From assembly GCA_014361015.1 (NCBI GenBank), contig JACIWJ010000001.1, forward strand, positions 7,765 to 71,764: DNA of 64,000 bases, given 5' to 3'. The translations under genes were made by a program, and so were the position numbers. Below, piece by piece: positions 55,313 to 63,877 of the stretch. Every line of letters begins with the position of its first letter. Positions within the stretch are counted from its first letter, which is position 1. The stretch is from Candidatus Bipolaricaulota bacterium (GTDB lineage Bacteria > Bipolaricaulota > Bipolaricaulia > Bipolaricaulales > Bipolaricaulaceae). The notes beneath the pieces are model-generated. The model had not been told where the DNA came from, ran no database searches, and was given only the letters and a program-made list of their open reading frames with translations.

Positions 55313-56548
55313 ATGGCCGATGTGAGGATCGCACTACGGGAGCTTCTGCGCAAGTACAGGGACGACACGCAAGTGGACGCCCTCAAGGAGGGCCTTGTCC
55401 TCCTCGTCCAGGAGCTGATGGAGGCGGAGGTGAAGGAGAAGACCGGGGCCGAGCGGTACAAGCGAACGCCCGCTCGGCGAACGTACCGCAACGGGTACCG
55501 CCCGAGGAGGTGGGACACCCGGGTGGGCTCGGTGAAACTGCGGATCCCGAAAGTTCGCCAGGGGAGCTACTTCCCGAGCCTTCTTGAGCCAAGGCGGAGG
55601 ACGGAGAAGGCGCTTCTTTCCGTAGTCCAGGAGGCGTACATCCATGGGGTGAGCACGCGGAAGGTGGACGACCTCGTGCGAGCCCTCGGGATCGAAGGGA
55701 TCTCCCGAAGCGAAGTGTCGAGGATCTGTGCGGCCCTGGACGAGCGGATGGAGGAGTTCCGGAACCGTCCCCTCGTAGGGGAGTACCCGTACGTGTGGCT
55801 GGACGCGACGGTGGTGAAGGCTCGTGAGGGCGGACGGGTGGTGAACATGGCGGCGGTGGTAGCGGTGGGAGTGACCGCCCAGGGAGAGCGGGAGATCCTG
55901 GGGTTCGACGTGGGTCCTGCGGAGAGCTACGGGTTCTGGCTCTCGTTCCTGAGGGGGATCGTCGCCCGAGGTCTCACCGGGGTGAAGCTCGTTGTTTCCG
56001 ATGCCCATGTGGGTCTCAAGGAGGCGTTGTCCGAGGTGCTGGGGGGAGCGAGCTGGCAGAGGTGCCGGGTGCACTTCATGCGGAACCTGCTGGGGTTGGT
56101 CCCGCGGGGAGCGCAGCAGCTGCTGGGGGCGTGGGTACGGACGATCTTCGCCCAGCCCGACCAAGAGGCAGCGCGGGAGCAACTGGAGCTGGTGGCCGAG
56201 AGTTTGGAGGAGAAGTACCCCAAGGCGGCGGACCTTCTCCGGGAAGCGGGGGAGGACGTGATCGCGCACATGGCTTTCCCGCAAGCGCACTGGCGGAGGA
56301 TACACTCGACGAACGTCCTCGAGCGGTTGCACCGCGAGATCAAGCGGAGGTGCAACGTCGTGGGGATCTTCCCGAACGCGGCGTCGGCTCTGCGGCTGAT
56401 CGGGGCGGTGCTGGAGGAGCAGGGAGACGAGTGGCTCGCTGTGCGGCGTTATTTCAGCTTGGGGTCGATGGCCGCCCTGTACGGCAACCCCCGGGAGGAG
56501 CCCGAGGTCCCTGCCCTGGGGGTCGCGAAGGAGGTGATCGCGGTCTAG
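55313..56548 (+). CDS. IS256-family (Mutator-like) transposase
   Basis: Typical IS256 sequence: ERYKRTPARRTYRNGYRPRRWDTRVGSVKLRIPKVRQGSYFPSLLEPRRR, VSDAH.GL, QRC.VHFMRN, STN.LERLH.EIKRR. Confidence 0.95.
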   Translation: MADVRIALRELLRKYRDDTQVDALKEGLVLLVQELMEAEVKEKTGAERYKRTPARRTYRNGYRPRRWDTRVGSVKLRIPKVRQGSYFPSLLEPRRRTEKALLSVVQEAYIHGVSTRKVDDLVRALGIEGISRSEVSRICAALDERMEEFRNRPLVGEYPYVWLDATVVKAREGGRVVNMAAVVAVGVTAQGEREILGFDVGPAESYGFWLSFLRGIVARGLTGVKLVVSDAHVGLKEALSEVLGGASWQRCRVHFMRNLLGLVPRGAQQLLGAWVRTIFAQPDQEAAREQLELVAESLEEKYPKAADLLREAGEDVIAHMAFPQAHWRRIHSTNVLERLHREIKRRCNVVGIFPNAASALRLIGAVLEEQGDEWLAVRRYFSLGSMAALYGNPREEPEVPALGVAKEVIAV

Positions 56549-56626
56549 CTCGTCACAACCGACGAGGAACCCAATCTACACCATTTGACGGGACGTGACC
56601 GTTGCATATGAGCTCCAGTCTAATAG

Positions 56627-56641
56627 TGCAACTGCCCGGTG
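56627..56641. repeat. IS256 right terminal inverted repeat
   Basis: TGCAACTGCCCGGTG. Confidence 0.85.
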
Positions 56642-56654
56642 TTGATTATTTGCT

Positions 56655-57203
56655 ATGGATCAGCTGTACATCAGTTCACACACGATAGAGTTCAAGGTTG
56701 ACGGGGTGCTCTACCTCTTCAACCCGCTAAGCGGGGCCCTGGATTGCATAGAGGATCCAGCCAAACAACGTGAATGGAAGTGTCTGAAAGGTCATAGGCG
56801 GGGCTCCCTCGAGTTGGTGAAGGAGCTGGAGAGCAGAGGCCATCTTTACAGGGATCAGCACGAGGAGATAGCACTCGCGAACAGACTGTGTCATGCGGAC
56901 AGTGTTGGGAGATCTGACTTCATCGTCGGGAGGTATATTCCCAGCCTCCAACTTGACGCCTCAGCCTCCGATCTGTGGCGCCACACTGATCCCCTGCTGC
57001 ACAATCCGGGTTGCGCGGTCTGTCCTGTGCGGCCATGCTGCGGTGGAGGTTGTTGGTTTCGGCGTATCTGTGCCGTAGGATCGCCTGCTCATGCCTATTG
57101 CACCGAGCAGGTACGTCCCGTGCTAGATGTAGGAGTCAAGTACCTTCACCGAGTGCCGGAGGTCTTCGAGCTGGACACCGAGCGCCCTCACCCGAGGGGG
57201 TAG
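56655..57203 (+). CDS. PqqD/RRE-like N-terminal domain fused to a SPASM (auxiliary 4Fe-4S) domain, without a radical SAM CxxxCxxC core
   Basis: The N-terminus IEFKVDGVLYLFNPLSGALDCIEDPAKQREW...SLELVKELESRGHLY resembles a RiPP recognition element. C-terminal CAVCPVRPCCGGGC (CX2CX5CX3C) plus a downstream Cys is the SPASM signature. No CxxxCxxC anywhere in the 182 aa. Confidence 0.65.
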   Translation: MDQLYISSHTIEFKVDGVLYLFNPLSGALDCIEDPAKQREWKCLKGHRRGSLELVKELESRGHLYRDQHEEIALANRLCHADSVGRSDFIVGRYIPSLQLDASASDLWRHTDPLLHNPGCAVCPVRPCCGGGCWFRRICAVGSPAHAYCTEQVRPVLDVGVKYLHRVPEVFELDTERPHPRG

Positions 57204-57205
57204 AG

Positions 57206-58861
57206 ATGAAGACCAGGTTGCACCGCGTGGTGCGGTTCTGGCGGGAACACGTTTTCCGGTACCGCGCCCTGTGGGTGCTCGCCCTGGGCTTGCACCTTCT
57301 GTTCTTCGCCCTGAGCGGGATCCTCCCCTTCTTCTTCAAGCGGGTGATCGACGCCTTAACCGCCCTTGATCCTGGTGCCTTCGCTCTGTGGATCGCGGTG
57401 TTCCTGGGGACAGAAATCACCCAGGTCGCCCTCATGTACGCCCGGGGGTACGCAGCCCGCCGGCTGGAGCTCAAGGTGGAACAGGACGTCCTGATCACGA
57501 TGTACCGCCGCTACCACACCATGCCCTACGCCCAGGCCGTGACCACCAAGGCCGGGGAGGCCGTACAGCGACTCACGAGTGACGTTCCCTGTGCCTCGCC
57601 CCTCATCGTGAAGAGTTTCGCCGAGCTCGTCGGACACATCGTGCTGGTGGTGATCGTCCTCTCCCTCATGTTCGCCATGGCCCCGATTCTGGCGGGAATC
57701 GCCCTGACGTTTGTTGCCATCTACACGGTGGGCTTCCGCCTCTACGGGAAGCGGGCTTCGGCCGCCGCAGCGCGGCGCCAGGAGGCCGAGGCGCGGTACG
57801 TGGCGGCGGCGGAGGAGGGGCTGGCGGCCTTGTACTCAGTACGGGTCCAGGCTGGACTGCGTGGAGTGATGGACCGGTTTTCCCGCGCTCTGACCGCTTA
57901 CCTACGGGAGGGGTTCGCCTTGTACAACCTGACCCTTCTCTTCCAAGGTGGGTTCACAACCGCGATTACTGTAGCCTCAGAGGTGGTGGTGCTCCTGGCC
58001 GGTGCGTGGCTCATCTTCCGCGGGGAGGCCACGGTGGGGACCTTGATCGCGTTCAGCCAGTACGTGAACTGGCTATACGTGTTCGTCGGTTTCATGTCCA
58101 ACTTCGCGGCGGAGGTGGAACCGGCCGTGGTCTCCCTGAAGAGGGTCCAAGACGTGCTCAGCCTTCCCGAGCAGTGGACCGTGGAGAAGCCGATCCTCCT
58201 CGAGGCGCTCCCCGACCACCCGTACGCGCTCGAGGTGCGGGACCTTTACTTTGCGGTCGGAGACACGGTTATCCTGCGGGGCGTGTCGCTGCAGCTCGAG
58301 CGGGGCCGGACTGTGGCCGTGATGGGCCGGAGCGGCCTGGGGAAGTCCACGCTCCTCAACCTCGTCCTCGGCCTGTACCCTGTACCCCCGGGGAAGGTCT
58401 TCCTGTTCGGGCGCGATGTGACCGAAATCCCCCTCCCGGAGCGGGTGGGGCTGCTAGGGGTGGTGGAGCAGGAACCGAAGTTTGTGAGCGCCGACGAGGG
58501 AGGAACCCTGGCCATGGCCCTCGGCGTTCCTGAAGAGAGGCTCCGTGCGGTGTCCCGGAAGCTGGGGCTGGAGGAGTTCGTGGAGGGGCTTCTGGCGCGG
58601 CGGCTGACCTCGGCCAAGCTGTCCGAGCTCTCGGGGGGAGAACGCAAGCTTTTGGGCATCGTTCGAGGGTTCGTCCGGGAGGCGCCGCTGGTGCTCCTCG
58701 ATGAGCCCACCGCGTTTCTGGATGAGAAAACGGCGGCGACGGTTCTCGATCATATACGCAGGAACTTCCCCGGGCTCACGGTGGTCATGTTCTCGCACGA
58801 CCCCCTGGTGCGCGACCGCTGCGACGCCGTAATCGACCTTGCGGCCGCCGAGGCTGGCTGA
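57206..58861 (+). CDS. ABC exporter, fused TMD-NBD half transporter (no C39 peptidase domain)
   Basis: Six-TM ABC_membrane region, Walker A GRSGLGKST, signature LSGGERKLL, Walker B LVLLDEPT. It starts 2 nt after the SPASM ORF stop. Confidence 0.9.
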   Translation: MKTRLHRVVRFWREHVFRYRALWVLALGLHLLFFALSGILPFFFKRVIDALTALDPGAFALWIAVFLGTEITQVALMYARGYAARRLELKVEQDVLITMYRRYHTMPYAQAVTTKAGEAVQRLTSDVPCASPLIVKSFAELVGHIVLVVIVLSLMFAMAPILAGIALTFVAIYTVGFRLYGKRASAAAARRQEAEARYVAAAEEGLAALYSVRVQAGLRGVMDRFSRALTAYLREGFALYNLTLLFQGGFTTAITVASEVVVLLAGAWLIFRGEATVGTLIAFSQYVNWLYVFVGFMSNFAAEVEPAVVSLKRVQDVLSLPEQWTVEKPILLEALPDHPYALEVRDLYFAVGDTVILRGVSLQLERGRTVAVMGRSGLGKSTLLNLVLGLYPVPPGKVFLFGRDVTEIPLPERVGLLGVVEQEPKFVSADEGGTLAMALGVPEERLRAVSRKLGLEEFVEGLLARRLTSAKLSELSGGERKLLGIVRGFVREAPLVLLDEPTAFLDEKTAATVLDHIRRNFPGLTVVMFSHDPLVRDRCDAVIDLAAAEAG

Positions 58862-58964
58862 AATTGAGGCGCGTGCGCAAAGGCTTGCTTGACAGTGCGA
58901 GCGCATTTGGGGCAGACTGAGCGCGCGGTGGGCTGGTAGGGGACTCCGGACCTTTGGAGACAGG

Positions 58965-59924
58965 ATGATCAGCTGTCGGGGAGTGGCGAAGACCTATATT
59001 GTGCGCGAGCGGGCCGGGCTCTTCCGCCGTGGGATGCGGCGGGAGATCGACGCCCTGCACGGGATCGACCTTACGATTGGGCAAGGCGAGTTCGTGGGGC
59101 TCCTCGGCCGCAACGGTGCCGGGAAGACCACGCTCCTCAAGATCGTGGCCACCCTCCTCCTTCCCAGCCGAGGGGAGGTCGAGGTAGACGGGATCGACGC
59201 CCTGCGCGAGCCGGCGAAAGTGCGCCACAAGCTCGGGGTGGTCCTCGCCGGCGAGCGCACGCTCTACTGGAAGCTCACAGCGATGGAGAACCTGCTCCTG
59301 TTCGGCGGGCTGCAGGACCTCCCGCGACGGGAGGCGCGCGCTCGGGCCGAGGAACTCTTGGAACTCGTCGGCCTCTCGGACTTTTCCCACGTCTCCGTGG
59401 AAAAATTCTCCAGCGGCATGCGCAAGCGCCTGGCCATCGCCCGGGCCCTCGTGCACCGTCCGCCGACACTGATCCTCGATGAGCCGACCACGGGGCTCGA
59501 TCCCCACGGCGTGGAGGAGGTGTGGGAGGTGCTGCGGGCGCTGCAGGACGAGGGCACCACAGTGCTCATGGCCACCCACAACATGCTGGAGGCCGAGCGG
59601 CTCCCGACGCGCCTTCTCATCATCGAGGAGGGGAAGCTTCTCGCCGACGGAACGCCACAGGAGATCACCGCGCGTTCTGGAACGCAGCGAACCGCAGTGC
59701 TGACACTCGGCTCCCGGCCCGAGGTGGACGACGGGCTCCACGTCCACGCACTCGGGGACGGCTCCTTTTCGCTGGCCGCTCCGGTGGACCGGCTGCCGGC
59801 GCTTCTCGCCCGGATCCAGGCCGAGGGCGTGCACCTGGTTAATCTGGAGATTGTGGAATCGGGGCTGTGGGAAGCGTTCCTAGAGCTCACCGGCCGACCG
59901 TTCGACACCGCGGAGGAAGGATGA
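58965..59924 (+). CDS. ABC-2 type transporter ATP-binding protein
   Basis: Walker A GRNGAGKTT, signature FSSGMRKRLAIA, Walker B LILDEPTTGLD. Confidence 0.9.
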   Translation: MISCRGVAKTYIVRERAGLFRRGMRREIDALHGIDLTIGQGEFVGLLGRNGAGKTTLLKIVATLLLPSRGEVEVDGIDALREPAKVRHKLGVVLAGERTLYWKLTAMENLLLFGGLQDLPRREARARAEELLELVGLSDFSHVSVEKFSSGMRKRLAIARALVHRPPTLILDEPTTGLDPHGVEEVWEVLRALQDEGTTVLMATHNMLEAERLPTRLLIIEEGKLLADGTPQEITARSGTQRTAVLTLGSRPEVDDGLHVHALGDGSFSLAAPVDRLPALLARIQAEGVHLVNLEIVESGLWEAFLELTGRPFDTAEEG

Positions 59925-60679
59925 GAGGTTTCCTGGCCCTTGTGCGAAAGGAGCTCCTTATCTTTCGCGCTTACCCGCTGGACCTTGTCAACTTGGCCCT
60001 GTCCCCAGGGCTGTTGGTGGCGCCCTACCTGGTGGTGGCGCGGCTTTTCGGGGCCGGACCCGACTTCCAGTCGCAGGTGGCTGTGGGCCTGCTCCTTTGG
60101 TACTGGCTGTCCACGCTGTTCTGGGAGGTAGGCCACGGAATCAGCGAGGAGATGGAAGAAGGGGTGTTGGAGCAGGTCCTGGTGACACCGACATCGCTTC
60201 TTGCCGTGCTCGGGGCGAAGGCAGTCGGCGCGATGGTCACCAACGCGTACATCAGTGCGGGGATCGTTGGCTGGCTGTTCGCCTTCGGAATCCCATTGCC
60301 CCTGCCGTGGCCGGCGTTCGTCGGAGTGATGCTCCTCACGGGCCTGGGTCTGGGCGGCTTCTGCATGGCGTACGCGGGGCTCGTGTTGCTGGTCAAACGG
60401 GCGGAGAACCTGGGGGCGGGAACGCAGACCGTGCTCGGGGCGCTGGCCGGGATGACCGTACCGCCGCAGGTCCTTCCACAAGCGGCGTGGATCATCTCCC
60501 GGGTGATCCCGCTCAGCTATGGGATCGAGGCAGCCCGCAGGCTTCTCGGGGGAGAGAGGGTCGGCGATCCGCTCCTGTGGCTCGTGCTTTCGGGAGCCGC
60601 CTACGGCGTGGCCGGTTGGGCGCTTCTGCAGCGCGCCCAGCGGCGGATGCGCACCGCCGGGACCACGGGGGAGTTCTGA
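59921..60679 (+). CDS. ABC-2 type transporter permease
   Basis: ATGA overlap with the ATPase gene. Six hydrophobic segments, MRGFLALVRKELLIFRAYP N-terminus. Confidence 0.8.
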   Translation: MRGFLALVRKELLIFRAYPLDLVNLALSPGLLVAPYLVVARLFGAGPDFQSQVAVGLLLWYWLSTLFWEVGHGISEEMEEGVLEQVLVTPTSLLAVLGAKAVGAMVTNAYISAGIVGWLFAFGIPLPLPWPAFVGVMLLTGLGLGGFCMAYAGLVLLVKRAENLGAGTQTVLGALAGMTVPPQVLPQAAWIISRVIPLSYGIEAARRLLGGERVGDPLLWLVLSGAAYGVAGWALLQRAQRRMRTAGTTGEF

Positions 60680-60680
60680 T

Positions 60681-61484
60681 ATGCGGCCGGCGCTCACGTT
60701 CCTTGCCTACAGCCTGCGCATCATGACCCGCTATCGCTCGGAGTTCTACGGGTCGTTCACCACCCCCCTTCTCCTCGCTCTTCCCGCCCTCCTCCTTGGC
60801 TACTGGGGGGAGCAGCTTGGGTATCTGGAGGCGTTTGCCGAAGCGACCGGCACCGCACGGTACGCTGTGTACCTCCTCGTGGGCGCGGTGTATTGGAACT
60901 ACGTGGAGGCTGTGTGGTCGATCGCATTCTCGTTGCGGGCGGCAATGCGATGGGGCGTGTTGGAGTCCCTTCTTGTCACCCGCCTTTCCCGCCTGGGGAT
61001 GATCCTCGCCTGGTCGGGCCGTAGCCTCCTCGGCGTGACCGTGCACTCGATCCTCGCCATTGCCCTCGTGCTGCCCCTCGGCGGATGGCCCGGCGCGGCT
61101 GCGGTAGGAGCCATTCTGCTCGTGCTCCTGTGCTCGGTGATCGGCTCCTACGGAATGGCGTTTTTGCTGTTTGGGCTGACGCTTCGCTTCAAAGACGCCG
61201 AGTCGCTACTGAGCTTGGTTGGAAATGTGGCCCCTCTTCTCGGTGGGGTGTTCTTTCCTGTCGCGTTCCTGCCGGTGTTCCTCCGCCCGCTGTCCTACCT
61301 CTTCCCCTTCACCTATGGGGTCGACGCCGTGCGCGCCCTGTGGCTGGGCACACCCGCCATGTTCCCCATGGGCCTCCAGCTCGGACTCCTGGCGATGCTG
61401 GCCGTGGCCTACGTGGCGTTGGGCTGGTGGGCACTCGTGCACTTCGAACGCCGCGCCCGCCACCACGGCCTCGAAGGGTTCTGA
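60681..61484 (+). CDS. ABC-2 type transporter permease (second subunit)
   Basis: Starts 1 nt after the preceding stop. Multi-TM protein beginning MRPALTFLAYSLRIMTRYRSEF. Confidence 0.8.
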   Translation: MRPALTFLAYSLRIMTRYRSEFYGSFTTPLLLALPALLLGYWGEQLGYLEAFAEATGTARYAVYLLVGAVYWNYVEAVWSIAFSLRAAMRWGVLESLLVTRLSRLGMILAWSGRSLLGVTVHSILAIALVLPLGGWPGAAAVGAILLVLLCSVIGSYGMAFLLFGLTLRFKDAESLLSLVGNVAPLLGGVFFPVAFLPVFLRPLSYLFPFTYGVDAVRALWLGTPAMFPMGLQLGLLAMLAVAYVALGWWALVHFERRARHHGLEGF

Positions 61485-61590
61485 GCGCCTTTGCAGACCT
61501 CCCAGCGACAACCTGCCGGGGCATTCGCCAATTGGTGGGTGCGTGTCAGGGATGGTCTGGAGGCCTGGCCCAAGAGAGGCCCGTAGGCTA

Positions 61591-62031
61591 CTAATCCTGC
61601 GTCTTTTTCTGCCTCCGCTCGACCCAACAGAGGAAGCGCCACAATCCCCAACTGATAAAAGCCCATGCCAGGCTTCCGCCGATAGCAAACCCTAGGGCGC
61701 TAAGTAGTCGAATTGCAAACGGCTCCCTTATACCGTGGAGAGGGAACATTGCAACAATAAAGCTAATAAATGGAATAGCCGAGCCAACGAAAAAGACAAG
61801 AAGTTGCTTTCGCTTCACTGAAAGGCGGACTCGCTCGTACAATATAGAAAGAACTGCTGCCCAAAATAAAACTGTAACTACAAAAATTAGGAAGCCCAAA
61901 GCTGCCCACCCAAGTGCGACAAACCAAGGTCCCTTCATGCGTTCGAAGAAAGAAGAGGAAGAAAGGATTCCGGCTGGGAAGGCTGCCAACCAACACAGTT
62001 GCCACTCTTCCTTTGTGAGCTCCTCAGGCAT
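61591..62031 (-). CDS. small hypothetical membrane protein (about 4 TM), AT-rich gene
   Basis: 146-aa ORF with four long hydrophobic stretches. Local composition is far below the window norm (23/60 G+C at 61741-61800). Confidence 0.6.
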   Translation of the reverse strand: MPEELTKEEWQLCWLAAFPAGILSSSSFFERMKGPWFVALGWAALGFLIFVVTVLFWAAVLSILYERVRLSVKRKQLLVFFVGSAIPFISFIVAMFPLHGIREPFAIRLLSALGFAIGGSLAWAFISWGLWRFLCWVERRQKKTQD

Positions 62032-62036
62032 AGGTC

Positions 62037-63410
62037 CTATCGGATGATGCGGACCCCGCGCTCCTCCAACTCGTCCAGCACCTCCCGCGCCTCCGGCTTG
62101 AGGAGGATTCGCGTCGCGTTCAAGAATCGCAACGCCGGGAGCTCCAGTAGCGGAGCAAAATCCGACACAGAGTTCGCGGAGAGGTCCAGGATCTCCAGGC
62201 GGAGGAGGCCGGCCAGGGGACTGATGTCGGACACGTTGTTTCCCCCGAGGAGGAGGTCCCGCAGGCCCGCGAGGCTGGCGAGGGGTTCGACGGATCGAAT
62301 CCTGTTCCCCTGAAGGTTCAAGGTCGCGAGGTTCGTTAACTCAGCCAGGGGGGAAAGGTCGGCGATCCGCGCCCCGACCGCGATGAGCTTCGTCAGGTTC
62401 TTCAGTCCGGACAACGGTGCGAGATCCCACACGGGGTTCCCCGAGATCCCGAGGACGCGGAGGTTCGTCAGCCCAGCGAGCGCGGCCAGCGAACCCACCT
62501 GGTTCCCGCTCAAGTCCAGGAACCGGAGTTCGCTGAGGGAGGCAAGGGGGGAGATGTCGGCCACGGCGTTGTGGTCCAGGTCCAGGTAGCGGAGACAGCC
62601 AAGCTCGGCCAGCGGGCTCACGTCGGAGATGTTGTTGCCTAGAAGAACGAGTTTCTCCAGGTTGCGGAGCCCAGCGAGTGGGCTGAGGTCGGAGATGGCA
62701 TTCTGCATCGAGGAGATCTCCCTAAGCTCCGTCAGGCCCGCCAGAGGGGAGAGGTCGGTGACCCCGTTCAGGTCAATCCAAAGCAGGCGCAAGTTCTCGA
62801 GGTGGGACAAAGGAGAGAGGTCAAACACGTTGTTCCCCATGAGCAAAAGCCATTTTAGGTTGATCAAGCCCGCCAAAGGAGTTAAGTCCAGGACATCGTT
62901 GAGCGAGAGATCCAAAACCTCGAGTGTTTGGAGCGAGGCCAAGGGAGCGATGTCCCGGATTCGGTTAAAGGAAAGGGCAAGCTCGACGAGGCTCCGCAGA
63001 CCCGCCAGGGGGGAGAGATCCTCGATCTCGTTGAAGGAAGCCTCAAGCCTTCTGAGTTGGGAAAGCCCAGACAGGGGGGAAAGATCCCGCACGCGGTTCC
63101 GCACAAAAGAAAGCTCCTCCAGAGCAACCAGTTTGGAAATAGGAGAAAGATCGGTTACCCGGTTATCGGTGAGATCAAGCTTTTTAAGGTTCACCGCGTA
63201 TTCGAGACCGGTGAGGTCAGCAATATCTCGTCCAAAAGCATCGAGCTCAGTCAGGCCCGCCAGGTCACTGACCGTGAGATCGCCCTCGGGCTTGCCAACT
63301 GCGGCCCGGATTGCCCCCTCCAGTCCGGGGTCGGGGATGACGACCGCCTGCGCTCCCGGCCCAAGGAGCCCCCACACGAGCACCAGCGCCACCACAACCT
63401 TTGTCCGCAT
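62037..63410 (-). CDS. secreted leucine-rich repeat protein (internalin-like 22-residue LRRs)
   Basis: Signal peptide MRTKVVVALVLVWGLLGPGAQA, then about 18 tandem units of the form LxPLAGLxxLxxLxLxxNxIxD. Confidence 0.85.
   Translation of the reverse strand: MRTKVVVALVLVWGLLGPGAQAVVIPDPGLEGAIRAAVGKPEGDLTVSDLAGLTELDAFGRDIADLTGLEYAVNLKKLDLTDNRVTDLSPISKLVALEELSFVRNRVRDLSPLSGLSQLRRLEASFNEIEDLSPLAGLRSLVELALSFNRIRDIAPLASLQTLEVLDLSLNDVLDLTPLAGLINLKWLLLMGNNVFDLSPLSHLENLRLLWIDLNGVTDLSPLAGLTELREISSMQNAISDLSPLAGLRNLEKLVLLGNNISDVSPLAELGCLRYLDLDHNAVADISPLASLSELRFLDLSGNQVGSLAALAGLTNLRVLGISGNPVWDLAPLSGLKNLTKLIAVGARIADLSPLAELTNLATLNLQGNRIRSVEPLASLAGLRDLLLGGNNVSDISPLAGLLRLEILDLSANSVSDFAPLLELPALRFLNATRILLKPEAREVLDELEERGVRIIR
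62094..63272 (-). repeat. about 18 tandem 66-nt coding repeats (LRR units)
   Basis: Periodic 22-aa units read directly from the translation. The units are divergent at the DNA level. Confidence 0.8.
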
Positions 63411-63451
63411 TGCGCACCTCCTCTGGTTCTCAGTATACCGAGACCGGCCCG

Positions 63452-63877
63452 CTATGGACCACGCCCGCTCCACTCCGCCTCCAGCGACACCCACGTTCGA
63501 TCCCCGCGCAAGGACAGTGCCGCACGCACCCCAAGCTCTCCTTTGCCTTGCGAATCGAGCGCATAACGAAGTCGCACACCAAGTGAGCTTAGCGGAACGC
63601 CCACTCCAAGCACAGGCACATTTAAGCTTCCTGAGATACTAATACTAATCCAAGCATTAGCTACAAACCCTGCCCCCAACGCCAGGATGAGCCATGCGTG
63701 CGGTTCTTCTTCTTGACTTCGTAGCCCAACCTCCCCCACAAGCACCATCGGGTCGCGCAAGAGGCTCACCGCCACTCCGATTCCACCTTTCCACGGGTAC
63801 CCAAGCGAAATTGAGACGCGGGGATCCCACGGGTTTTTCGGATCGAGCCGCCACTCCTGGAACACCGAGTACGCCAC
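63452..63877 (-). CDS. hypothetical protein (possibly N-terminally longer, toward the window edge)
   Basis: 141-aa ORF with a GTG start. The same frame stays open upstream of 63877. Gly/Leu/Val-rich strand-like pattern. No recognisable motif. Confidence 0.35.
   Translation of the reverse strand: MAYSVFQEWRLDPKNPWDPRVSISLGYPWKGGIGVAVSLLRDPMVLVGEVGLRSQEEEPHAWLILALGAGFVANAWISISISGSLNVPVLGVGVPLSSLGVRLRYALDSQGKGELGVRAALSLRGDRTWVSLEAEWSGRGP

Larger units (their letters stand above)
55158..56641 (+). mobile_element. IS256-family insertion sequence
   Basis: Mutator-type transposase flanked by perfect 15-bp terminal inverted repeats, CACCGGGCAGTTGCA / TGCAACTGCCCGGTG. Confidence 0.85.

Noticed and set aside
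62094-63272. Regular 66-nt periodicity that might suggest a CRISPR or other non-coding tandem array.
   Set aside because: The periodicity is the coding LRR unit of a single uninterrupted 457-aa ORF. The repeats are divergent at the DNA level and have no spacer/repeat architecture.
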